NCBI GenBank assembly: GCA_021814005.1 | Contig: JAKAJC010000001.1 | Location: 5,379-69,378, forward strand | Direction: 5' to 3' | DNA: 64,000 nt | Source of the DNA: Candidatus Micrarchaeota archaeon | GTDB lineage: Archaea; Micrarchaeota; Micrarchaeia; Anstonellales; Anstonellaceae | Shown: positions 42,258 to 50,598 of the stretch, piece after piece | Numbering within the stretch: the first letter of the stretch is position 1 | Layout: the number at the start of each line of letters is the position of its first letter | Position numbers and translations under genes: made by a program | Notes under the pieces: model-generated | Told to the model about the DNA's origin: nothing | The model's input: only the letters and a program-made list of their open reading frames with translations | Database searches by the model: none

Positions 42258-43223
42258 ATGGCAGACGGATTGTTGATAAAACAGGAGAAATATTTGGAAG
42301 CCGGCATACACATCGGCACAAAGCTGCGCGTCATTGACATGACGAAGTTCATTTACAGAACGCGCAACGACGGACTTTTTGTCCTTGACCTGAGGAAGAT
42401 TGACGAGCGCATCCGCCTCGCAGGCAAACTCTTGGCCAAATACGAACCGAAAGAGATTGTTGTTGTTGCTTCACGCGCCTACTCTTCAATGGCTGCGCAG
42501 AAGTTTGCATCAGTAACCGGCTGCAACGTGGTTGCGGGCCGCTTCGTTCCGGGCGCATTCACAAATGTTCAGCGCGACGACTTTGTCGAGCCCAAGCTTG
42601 TCATCATCTGCGACCCCAAGGGGGAGAGGCAGGCGGTGCTTGAGTGCGGCAAGATGGGCGTGCCCACAATCGGCCTGTGCGACACAGACAACTACACAAT
42701 GTTCATTGACTGGGTAATCCCCTGCAACAACAAGGGACGCCGCTCATTGGCCCTCATCTTCTGGCTCTTGGCGCGCGAGATGGCCATGGGAACGGGCAAG
42801 ATTTCCAGCTACGACGACTTCAAGCTCACATTGGAGGAGTTCGAGACAATGGCTCCGCCCGCAGAGGCTCCGGCAGAAGGCGCGCCGGCGGTTGACGCAG
42901 GCGTTGCTCCTGCGCCCGCTCCGGGCAGCACTGACGAGAAGGCCGCCGAAGTGGCTGAAGCCGCGGCAGAGGCTGAAAAGCCGGCCAAGGCCAAGCACGT
43001 AAAGGAGGAGGACACCCCCGAGGTGGCCGAAAGCAAGCGCAAAGCCCGCAAAGCTGTTGAAGACGACGAAAAGGCGGGCAAGGCGGCTCATGCCAAGAAA
43101 ACCGAGGAGGAGGCCAAGCACAAGAAGGCCGAGCCCGAGAAAAAGGCCGAGCACAAGCACGAAGAGCACGGCCACAAGCACGAGGAAAAGAAGGAGCATG
43201 AGCACAAGGAAAAGAAAGAATAG
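42258..43223 (+). CDS. rps2: 30S ribosomal protein uS2 (about 120-aa Ala/Pro/Glu/Lys/His-rich C-terminal extension)
   Basis: Core 'YLEAGIHIGTKLRVIDMTKFIYRTRNDGLFVLDL...GVPTIGLCDTDN'. The tail ends in 'KAEHKHEEHGHKHEEKKEHEHKEKKE'. Confidence 0.95.
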   Translation: MADGLLIKQEKYLEAGIHIGTKLRVIDMTKFIYRTRNDGLFVLDLRKIDERIRLAGKLLAKYEPKEIVVVASRAYSSMAAQKFASVTGCNVVAGRFVPGAFTNVQRDDFVEPKLVIICDPKGERQAVLECGKMGVPTIGLCDTDNYTMFIDWVIPCNNKGRRSLALIFWLLAREMAMGTGKISSYDDFKLTLEEFETMAPPAEAPAEGAPAVDAGVAPAPAPGSTDEKAAEVAEAAAEAEKPAKAKHVKEEDTPEVAESKRKARKAVEDDEKAGKAAHAKKTEEEAKHKKAEPEKKAEHKHEEHGHKHEEKKEHEHKEKKE

Positions 43224-43232
43224 AACGCGAAC

Positions 43233-43264
43233 TTCTTTTTCATTTATTATTTCTTTTTTCATTT
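43233..43264 (+). terminator. Oligo-T / polypyrimidine tract
   Basis: TTCTTTTTCATTTATTATTTCTTTTTTCATTT after the rps2 stop. Confidence 0.4.
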
Positions 43265-43316
43265 AACCCCCAGCGGCCGCCGTCTCTTTTTTAAATCCCT
43301 TATCCGTTCTCCCCTC

Positions 43317-44000
43317 GTGAATCCGTTTCTCAAAGCCGCGCTGCTCACCCTCGTCGTGGTGGCACTGGCGCTGGCCATGGCCGCGCAACTAGATGCCGTG
43401 CGGGCGTCCGAGCTGCGCAACAGCATTGATTCCGCCCTTTTCCAAAATCAGGAAAGGCAGGTTGCGCTTCATTTCGGGCGCGTGATGGCGAACGACACCG
43501 CCGCCCAGTGCGCCTATCTCACCCGCATGAGGGCCAAGCAGCTCAACGACACCTACCCCCTTGCCCTCAAAATACAGGATTATGAGAAAAACAACCTCTT
43601 CAACAGCGAATACGAAAACATCAAGACAACATATTTCCTCGGCGTGGCTGACAGCTATATTTCAGTCTTTGAGCAGCAGCAGGCCTGCAGAAGCGACGAG
43701 GTTCCCCTGCTGCTTGTCTACCGCGAAAAGAGCGCCTGCCCCGAATGCCGCGCCCAGAACCAGATTTTGTCAGGCCTTGTGGCGGCGCGCTGCCCCAATG
43801 TGCGCATATACGCCCTTCCCTATGATTATCCGCTCATGCCGCTGCAGATGCTGGCCGACCGCTACAATGTAAGCAGTGAAAGCCGCATGCCGGTCACGGT
43901 TATAGACGACAAAATACGCCTCGACGGCCTGCGGAGCGAGGATGAGCTGGTGGCTGCGCTGGTGAGCCGCGGGGCGACCTGCGGGCCTAAACAAAACTAA
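43317..44000 (+). CDS. Membrane-anchored thioredoxin-fold protein with CPEC motif (paralogue of 46747-47496)
   Basis: N-terminal TM 'AALLTLVVVALALAMAA'. The C-terminal region reads 'LLLVYREKSACPECRAQ...VRIYAL...RYNVSSESRMPVTVI...GLRSEDELVAAL', the order of thioredoxin-fold elements including a cis-Pro loop. GTG start. Confidence 0.6.
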   Translation: MNPFLKAALLTLVVVALALAMAAQLDAVRASELRNSIDSALFQNQERQVALHFGRVMANDTAAQCAYLTRMRAKQLNDTYPLALKIQDYEKNNLFNSEYENIKTTYFLGVADSYISVFEQQQACRSDEVPLLLVYREKSACPECRAQNQILSGLVAARCPNVRIYALPYDYPLMPLQMLADRYNVSSESRMPVTVIDDKIRLDGLRSEDELVAALVSRGATCGPKQN

Positions 44001-44038
44001 AACAACCTTGACGCCAAGCATGATAGCGAGGGCAACAG

Positions 44039-45424
44039 ATGAAACGATTCAAATCTGGCAAAACCGCCCCGTCCGACAACTCCACCTCATTGCCCGGCTT
44101 CAAGCGCAGCCCGTTTCGGCTTGAGGGGCGCAAGCAGCTTGTTTTCACCGGCCTTGGCCTTCTTTTTATCGTCGTGGTGGCCTTCATCAACGTGCCTTAC
44201 CAGATTCTTCTTCTTCTCTACAGCATCTATGCAATACTTCTGCTCATGACCTATCTGACAATTTGGATGGACGGGGCGGACGAGATGAAGGAGCCGGAGG
44301 CGGTGATGAAAAAATGGCCGTCGGTGAGCATCGTCATTCCCTCTTACAACGCCGGCCACACCATCTTCAAATGCCTCGAGCACATCAAGCGCATCCGCTA
44401 CAAGGGGCGCCTAGAGGTGATAGTGGTCGATGACGGCAGCAAGGACGGCTCGGCCGAAGTGCTGGCCAAGATGAAAGGCATCAGGTTCTTCCCCATCACG
44501 CGCAATGTAAGCAAATCAACTGCAGTGAATTTCGGCATCTCGCGCGCAAAGGGCGAAATCATTGCCACAGTGGATTCCGACACCTATGCAAATGCAGACG
44601 TGCTGGAGCGCGCCATTCCATATTTCGAGCAGGACAAAAAAATAGGCAGCATTGTGCTGTTTATCAACGCCGCACACCCGAACAACCTGCTCCAGCGCCT
44701 GCAGGAGCTGGAATACTGGGTTTCTTTCGGCTTCTATTTCAAGACAGTGGATTTTGTGGACGGGCTGCATGTCACGCCCGGCCCCATGGCCATCTACCGC
44801 CGCGAGGTGTTTGACACGCTTGGCGGGCTGGATGAGACCAACATCACCGAAGATTTGGAAATCGGGTTGCGCATGCGGCAGGCAGGCTGGCGCATCAAGG
44901 CGTGCCATGCCGCAGTGGTGTATACAGAGGTGCCGACAAATCTTGTCAACCTCTACAAGCAGCGTTTGCGCTGGTTCCGCGGCGGCATCATGAACATTTT
45001 GCGCTACAACCACCTGTTTCTCAACCCGCGCTTTGGCTCATTGGGCATGTTCACCATGCCTATGGTGCTCACAAGCGGCCTGTTTGCCGCCGTATTCACA
45101 GTGTGGACAATACTGGACTGGGCGCGGGGGGCTATAACGGCTGTACTGCCGGCGGTTTCAAACATCACCGCATTTTTGCCGGTGGCCATGCGCGGGCCGC
45201 CGCCAGACCCGCTTATGGTGAATTCAGTCGTGCTTGTGGCCATGATTCCTGTCATTATCTGGTGCTTTTTCCTCTACTCGGGCTTTCGCATTGCCAATGC
45301 GCGGCCGAATGTCAGCCACATCCTGCCCGCTCTCATTCTGCTTTTCCTCTATCCCGCATTTTTGGGCATCACTTTTCTGGCCGCCTATGCCTCCGAATTG
45401 TCGGGCAGATGGTATAGATGGTAA
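44039..45424 (+). CDS. Processive family-2 glycosyltransferase (PNAG/chitin/hyaluronan-synthase-like) with TM pore domain
   Basis: 'VSIVIPSYNAG', 'VVDDGSKDGS', 'VDSDTY', 'TEDLEIGLR' and 'QRLRWFRGG'. Two N-terminal and about four C-terminal TM helices. Confidence 0.85.
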   Translation: MKRFKSGKTAPSDNSTSLPGFKRSPFRLEGRKQLVFTGLGLLFIVVVAFINVPYQILLLLYSIYAILLLMTYLTIWMDGADEMKEPEAVMKKWPSVSIVIPSYNAGHTIFKCLEHIKRIRYKGRLEVIVVDDGSKDGSAEVLAKMKGIRFFPITRNVSKSTAVNFGISRAKGEIIATVDSDTYANADVLERAIPYFEQDKKIGSIVLFINAAHPNNLLQRLQELEYWVSFGFYFKTVDFVDGLHVTPGPMAIYRREVFDTLGGLDETNITEDLEIGLRMRQAGWRIKACHAAVVYTEVPTNLVNLYKQRLRWFRGGIMNILRYNHLFLNPRFGSLGMFTMPMVLTSGLFAAVFTVWTILDWARGAITAVLPAVSNITAFLPVAMRGPPPDPLMVNSVVLVAMIPVIIWCFFLYSGFRIANARPNVSHILPALILLFLYPAFLGITFLAAYASELSGRWYRW

Positions 45425-45507
45425 TGGGGCAAATGTTGTGCACAAAAGGCCCCGTCCGGTTGCGCGGCTGCTTTTAAACTCATACGTCGCAAAATCAGAC
45501 GATACAA

Positions 45508-46707
45508 ATGGGCAGCTTTTGGGCGTTTGAATACGTCGCATCCTTCATATGCTTATTCGTAGTCGTGCTCCTCACTCTTGTCTACCTGCGGGACCGCAAC
45601 AAGATACATTCGACAAGACTGCGCGCAGACAGCTGGACGCCGACTGTGACCATCATTATTCCGGCCTACAATGAAGCCGAATATATCGCGGGCTGCATCA
45701 AATCCGTTCTTGCGCTTGATTACCCCAAAGACAAGCTCGAAATAATCGTGGTTGACGACGGCAGCACCGACAACACCGCGGCGGTGGCGCGCTCGTTCTG
45801 CAAAAAGAATCCGCACCTCAAAGTGTGGAGCAAGCCCAACAGCGGCAAGGCAGACAGCATGAATCAGGCCATCGCGCGCGCGAAGGGCGAGCTTGTGGCC
45901 TGCCTTGACGCAGATTCATATGCCAGCCCCTATTCCCTGCGCCGCATGCTTATGCATTTTGACGGCGACGACGTGGCGGCGGTGGCGTCTGCTGTGAAGA
46001 TAAGGCGCGCGCGCAACATAGTCGAGGAAGTACAGCGCATAGAATACTTCTACTACCTTTTCTCGCGCAGAATACTCAACGCGCTCAACTGCGTCACGGT
46101 CACGCCCGGCCCGTTCAGCGTGTTCAGGCGCGAAGTCATGCTCAAAATCGGCGGATTCGACCGCACCAGCCTGGTGGAGGACCAGGAGATTGCCCTGCGC
46201 CTGCAAAAGATGGGCTACCGCATCAACAGCTCGCTCGACACCGACATATACACCGAAATTCCCCACAACTTCTTCGAACTGATGAAGCAGAGGACAAGAT
46301 GGCAGAGGGGCGGCTTTTGGAACGCAATGAAATACCTTGACCTCATCCACCCCAAATACGGTGATTTGGGGCTGATAGTGCTTCCCTTCGTTGTCGTGGG
46401 CTACATGCTGTTTATCGGCGGGCTTTTGGTGTTTGCCGACAGCGTGCTCAACCGCTCCCCCTACGAGGAGATGGTGGGCTGGCAGTCGTTCTTTCTGGGC
46501 CTGGGCCCCACGCAGATGCTTGTGCTGATTTGGTTCATGTTCGCCTTCTCGTGGTTTATTTTCGGCGTGAGGCCGATGTTCAAGGAGGAAAAGATAGGGA
46601 TTCCGTCCATAGTTCTCTTTTTATTCCTCAGCCCCATTTTCTCGGCCATATTCTGGTTCTCGGCGGCCTACACCGAGATTAGGACGGGCGGAAGATTCGC
46701 CTGGTGA
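45508..46707 (+). CDS. Processive family-2 glycosyltransferase (second tandem copy)
   Basis: 'VTIIIPAYNEA', 'VVDDGSTDNT', 'LDADSY', 'VEDQEIALR' and 'QRTRWQRGG'; N- and C-terminal TM helices. Confidence 0.85.
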   Translation: MGSFWAFEYVASFICLFVVVLLTLVYLRDRNKIHSTRLRADSWTPTVTIIIPAYNEAEYIAGCIKSVLALDYPKDKLEIIVVDDGSTDNTAAVARSFCKKNPHLKVWSKPNSGKADSMNQAIARAKGELVACLDADSYASPYSLRRMLMHFDGDDVAAVASAVKIRRARNIVEEVQRIEYFYYLFSRRILNALNCVTVTPGPFSVFRREVMLKIGGFDRTSLVEDQEIALRLQKMGYRINSSLDTDIYTEIPHNFFELMKQRTRWQRGGFWNAMKYLDLIHPKYGDLGLIVLPFVVVGYMLFIGGLLVFADSVLNRSPYEEMVGWQSFFLGLGPTQMLVLIWFMFAFSWFIFGVRPMFKEEKIGIPSIVLFLFLSPIFSAIFWFSAAYTEIRTGGRFAW

Positions 46708-46746
46708 GAGGAATGGGAGGCCGGCGCATAAATCTTGGTGATTGAA

Positions 46747-47496
46747 ATGGTGAATCTGGAAGGAAAACCCCGTGAAATCAGCCTCTCGCTCTATATTGCC
46801 GCCTTTATCATCAGCGTTGTGCTATTTTCTGCCGGAATTTATGTTGGCAAGGCCATGGAAATCGGCAATGTTACCGGCCTCGAGGAAGGCATCAGCCTTG
46901 CAAACAGCAAAATGAACTCGATTGAAATGCTGTATCTCATGGGCGAGGATTCCGCCGCCCTATGCCCAGTCTACCGCAGCGAACTGCACAACCTCGACAC
47001 CCAGACCGAAAATCTCGGATATCAGATTTCTTATCTTGAGGACAAGGGCACCCGCGACCCTGAATTGAAAAAGCAGTATTTCATGCTCGAAGCCAGTGCA
47101 TATTTTCTCTCGCAGAAAGTTATGACGCGCTGCTCAGGCACTGCCAATTACTCCACCGTGCTCTATTTCTACAACAACAGAAACTGCGCAAACTGCACCG
47201 CGCAGGGCCTCGCGCTTCTTGACGTGAAGAAAAAGATGGGCGACAAGCTGCGCGTGTATTCGTTTGACGGCGGACTGGGCAGCGAAATTGTCGACGTGCT
47301 CAGGCTCAAATACAATGTCACAGTCTATCCTTCGCTTGTAATAAACGGCCAGAGCACTTACGCGGGCCTCAGAAGCACGAGCTGGATTAGTGAGGCCGTC
47401 ACTCCGGCGCCCATTGCCGCAAACGCCTCTTCTGATTCACTCAACGCCACCGCCGATTCGGCAAACGCCGGCGAAACTCCGGCACCCCCAAACTGA
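46747..47496 (+). CDS. Membrane-anchored thioredoxin-fold protein with CANC motif (paralogue of 43317-44000)
   Basis: TM 'LSLYIAAFIISVVLFSAGIYVG', then 'VLYFYNNRNCANCTAQ...LRVYSF...KYNVTVYPSLVI...GLRSTSW', then an Ala/Ser/Asn-rich tail with N-x-S/T sequons. The ATG at 46747 is 4 nt after GGTGAT. Confidence 0.6.
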   Translation: MVNLEGKPREISLSLYIAAFIISVVLFSAGIYVGKAMEIGNVTGLEEGISLANSKMNSIEMLYLMGEDSAALCPVYRSELHNLDTQTENLGYQISYLEDKGTRDPELKKQYFMLEASAYFLSQKVMTRCSGTANYSTVLYFYNNRNCANCTAQGLALLDVKKKMGDKLRVYSFDGGLGSEIVDVLRLKYNVTVYPSLVINGQSTYAGLRSTSWISEAVTPAPIAANASSDSLNATADSANAGETPAPPN

Positions 47497-47523
47497 CAGC
47501 ATGAAAAGAGGAGGCCTGTATTG

Positions 47524-48594
47524 ATGGATATCGGCCTTTTGGACCGCATTGCGGGTTTGGCATTTCTGATTCTTGTTTTCTGCTGGCTCAAGCCTGAAAA
47601 AGAAAAACAAAAAGAGAAGGATTCGCGTCTTGTTTTTTTCGATTTCGCCAAAGGGCTGGCCATACTCATTGTAGTGGCAATCCACACGGGCGGCATCCTG
47701 CCGCGCGGCAGCCCGCCTGAGCGCGTGCTGTGGTTCGCCCTGCCGCTGTTCGTGATTTGCTCTGGCTATCTGCTGACGCGGCGCTATGCAAGCGGTTTCA
47801 ACGCCGCAAAATTCGTTTCCAGCACTTTCTGGCGGCTTGTCCTGCCCTATGCTGCCTACACTATTTTTGCCGGCTTTTTCCTCTATCCACGCACGAATTT
47901 TGTGCAAATGCTGATTGACATTCCATTAGGCACCCAGAACGGCGGCACCCTCTTCTTCATCCCACTGCTCCTGCAGCTCTACGCCCTCTTCGCCGTTTTG
48001 CAGAACTGGCCGGCCCTGCGCCGCCTCGCGCTCCATCCAGTTTCGCTCATGCTCATCTTCCTTCTTTCGTATGCCATCAGCGACGCCGACCACGCATTGC
48101 GCGCGGGGCAGTGGAACAGCCATGTCGAATCACTGGTGTTTGCCGGCCGCTATCTGTTTTATTTCGTTATAGGAATGTGGCTGACAGGGCATGATTTGGA
48201 GGAGAAAAAAGCCGCCAAGACTGAATTGGTGCTTCTTCTTTCTCTTCCCCTTCTTCTGCTTGCCTATGACCCGCTTGGATGGGACCAGCCGTTCGCCTAC
48301 CCAGTGTGGGCTCTGCTGGCCCTGCATCTGATTTACCAATGGCTCAAGGAGAATGGCTTGGCGCGGCATCTTATCGGCTGGCTGGCCGTCATAGGCCAGT
48401 ATTCGCTCATTATATACATGATTCATCCGGCTGTGCTCGGCTATGCGCTGTGGCCTCTCGATGGTTTCGTGCCGTTTGAGGGCTGGTTCCACTACGTGCT
48501 TATAGCGCTGGCCGCCGTCATCATTAGCAGTGTTTTGGGAAAATTGCTGATGGACGGCTATGCGGCCATGCTGAAAAAAATTAATCCAAATTGA
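47524..48594 (+). CDS. Acyltransferase family 3 (membrane O-acyltransferase)
   Basis: About 10 TM; 'FFDFAKGLAILIVVAIHTG' N-terminal His motif typical of Acyl_transf_3. Confidence 0.7.
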   Translation: MDIGLLDRIAGLAFLILVFCWLKPEKEKQKEKDSRLVFFDFAKGLAILIVVAIHTGGILPRGSPPERVLWFALPLFVICSGYLLTRRYASGFNAAKFVSSTFWRLVLPYAAYTIFAGFFLYPRTNFVQMLIDIPLGTQNGGTLFFIPLLLQLYALFAVLQNWPALRRLALHPVSLMLIFLLSYAISDADHALRAGQWNSHVESLVFAGRYLFYFVIGMWLTGHDLEEKKAAKTELVLLLSLPLLLLAYDPLGWDQPFAYPVWALLALHLIYQWLKENGLARHLIGWLAVIGQYSLIIYMIHPAVLGYALWPLDGFVPFEGWFHYVLIALAAVIISSVLGKLLMDGYAAMLKKINPN

Positions 48595-49852
48595 GGGCTT
48601 TTTCTCCCAGATATTTGGCCTTTTTGCCCAGCTCGTCTTCAATGGCCAGCAGGCGGTTGTATTTGGCTGTGCGCTCGGCGCGGGCGCACGCGCCTGTCTT
48701 GATTTGCCCGAATCCCAAGCCCACGGCCAAATCGGCAATGGTGGTGTCTTCGGTTTCGCCCGAGCGGTGGCTGACCATTACACCCAAGTGGTGCGAGCGG
48801 CAGTATTGGGCGCATTCAATTGATTCGGAGAGCGTGCCGATTTGGTTGACTTTGAGAAGCAATGTTGAGATGGCCTTGGCTTCTCTTGCTTTTTTGAGGC
48901 GCCTCAAATTCGTTACCGTCAAATCATCGCCAACGATTTGTGCGCGCGAGCCTACAGCGGCCTTTAGCTGCGCGAAATGGGCATAATCTTCTTCATCAAA
49001 CGGGTCTTCGAGCGAAACGATTGGGTATGACTTGATTATGTCTTTCCAATATTCAAGCAACTCTGCCGCATCCAACTCTTTTCCATCTATTTTGTATTCT
49101 TGAGTTTTGGAATCAAAGAACGAGCTGGAGGCCGGATCCATGGCAAGTTTCACTTTCTTTGCATATCCTGCCTGCGAAATTGCGTCTTCAAGAAGTGTGA
49201 GCGCATCGCGAGTGGTGCGCAGAGTGGGGGCAAAACCGCCCTCGTCGCCAACATTTTTGCCTGACGGGCCGTATTGTTTTACAATAAGAGAGCCGAGGGC
49301 GTGATAAACTTCGGTGCCTGCCTGCAGGGCGGCGGCAAATGAGGAAAACCCGACTGGCGCCAGCATGCACTCTTGTGCCGCGAGGCCGGAGCCCGCATGC
49401 TTGCCGCCGTTTATGACATTCATGAATGGGACGGGAAGAATGGCGCCGCCCATGAGAGAGTAGGGGCCAACTTCTTTGCTTGCGGCATGTGCCTGCCATA
49501 CGGCCATGGAAACAGCAACCATTGCGTTTGCACCCAAGCGCGATTTGTTTGGCGTGCCGTCCAGTTCGCACATTATGGAATCGATTTCCTCTTGTTTTGA
49601 AGCATCATGGCCAACAATTGCCTTGGCAATGGCGCCATTGACATTTCCAACCGCCCGGCTCACTCCCTTGCCGCCCCACGCGCTTCCGCCGTCGCGCAAT
49701 TCCATTGCTTCGAAAGTGCCTGTGGATGCGCCTGACGGGGCTAACGCCCGTGCCCGCGCACCATCTTTCAACTCCACAACCGCTTCCACGGTCGGATTGC
49801 CTCTGGAATCAAGCATTTGCCGAGAACGGACGCTTTTGATAATAGCCGCCAT
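48581..49852 (-). CDS. eno: Enolase
   Basis: 'ILDSRGNPTVE', 'SGASTG', 'GDEGGFAP', 'DDLTVTN' and 'SHRSGETED'; start at MAAIIKSV (49852). Confidence 0.95.
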   Translation of the reverse strand: MAAIIKSVRSRQMLDSRGNPTVEAVVELKDGARARALAPSGASTGTFEAMELRDGGSAWGGKGVSRAVGNVNGAIAKAIVGHDASKQEEIDSIMCELDGTPNKSRLGANAMVAVSMAVWQAHAASKEVGPYSLMGGAILPVPFMNVINGGKHAGSGLAAQECMLAPVGFSSFAAALQAGTEVYHALGSLIVKQYGPSGKNVGDEGGFAPTLRTTRDALTLLEDAISQAGYAKKVKLAMDPASSSFFDSKTQEYKIDGKELDAAELLEYWKDIIKSYPIVSLEDPFDEEDYAHFAQLKAAVGSRAQIVGDDLTVTNLRRLKKAREAKAISTLLLKVNQIGTLSESIECAQYCRSHHLGVMVSHRSGETEDTTIADLAVGLGFGQIKTGACARAERTAKYNRLLAIEDELGKKAKYLGEKALNLD

Positions 49853-49938
49853 ATGGGGTGGGTAGAGAGCGAATTCCTTATAAAGGATGGAGCGCCATAT
49901 AGAGAGCAGAGACAATTACTCATGCTTTAGGTGAGACC

Positions 49939-50118
49939 TTGATTTGCGAACGATGCAGCAACCAGATTTACTATGCCGAGAAGTGCGACTACTGCAAGAA
50001 GATGGTATGCCTCTCGTGCGAAAAGAGCGCCAAGCGCGTGAAGAAAATCCGCCGCTGGGTAATCTGCAAAGCCTGCTGGGGAAACCTCAAGGCGCGCAGC
50101 CAGTTCAAGGCGCTTTAG
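49939..50118 (+). CDS. Small (59 aa) four-CxxC zinc-binding protein (double zinc-ribbon-like); not in the supplied ORF track
   Basis: TTG start 4 nt after AGGTGA (49929-34). Translation (M)ICERCSNQIYYAEKCDYCKKMVCLSCEKSAKRVKKIRRWVICKACWGNLKARSQFKAL, stop TAG 50116-18, followed by a T-rich tract. It displaces the 77-aa track ORF at 49944-50177 in another frame. Confidence 0.6.
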   Translation: MICERCSNQIYYAEKCDYCKKMVCLSCEKSAKRVKKIRRWVICKACWGNLKARSQFKAL

Positions 50119-50122
50119 AAAA

Positions 50123-50170
50123 GTTTTCTTTTCTTATTTTTTCTCTTTCTTTTCAAATTTCAAACTTTCA
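50123..50170 (+). terminator. Oligo-T / polypyrimidine tract (overlaps the msrB 3' end on the other strand)
   Basis: TTTTCTTTTCTTATTTTTTCTCTTTCTTTTCAAATTTCAAACTTT. Confidence 0.4.
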
Positions 50171-50535
50171 GAATTAATGCAAAACCTTTTTCCGGTAGGC
50201 CTTGGCCCGTCGTCAAACACATGGCCCAGATGCCCGCCGCATTTTGAGCACACCACTTCCATTCTCAGAAGGCCGTTGGATGCGTCTTCATGAAGTTCCA
50301 CCTTTTTGGCGTCAAGAGCTGCAGAAAAAGAGGGCCAGCCGCAGGATGAGCCGAATTTCTGCTCGGATGAGAATAATTCCTGCCCGCAGGCCGCGCACGA
50401 ATACACGCCCTTCTCGCCGTGAAGATAGTATTTGCCGGTGAATGGGATTTCGGTGCCCTTTTCGCGCAGGATATGATACTGGCTTGGAGTGAGAATCTTG
50501 CGCCATTGGGCGTCTGATTTGACTATTTTGGCCAT
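50134..50535 (-). CDS. msrB: Peptide-methionine (R)-S-oxide reductase MsrB
   Basis: 'YHILREKGTEIPFTGKY', 'GVYSCAACGQELFSS', 'GWPSF' and 'VCSKCGGHLGHVFDDGP' (two CxxC motifs plus RxCxN). Confidence 0.95.
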   Translation of the reverse strand: MAKIVKSDAQWRKILTPSQYHILREKGTEIPFTGKYYLHGEKGVYSCAACGQELFSSEQKFGSSCGWPSFSAALDAKKVELHEDASNGLLRMEVVCSKCGGHLGHVFDDGPRPTGKRFCINSESLKFEKKEKK

Positions 50536-50598
50536 ATGCTAGAGAAAAAGAGGCGGGGGATAAAAAACAGGCGGTAACTTGCGGGTTGGAAACACGCC

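Noticed and set aside
49944-50177. 77-aa track ORF
   Set aside because: It has no SD and a featureless sequence that runs through the T-rich terminator tract. An alternative frame encodes an SD-led 4xCxxC protein that ends before the tract.
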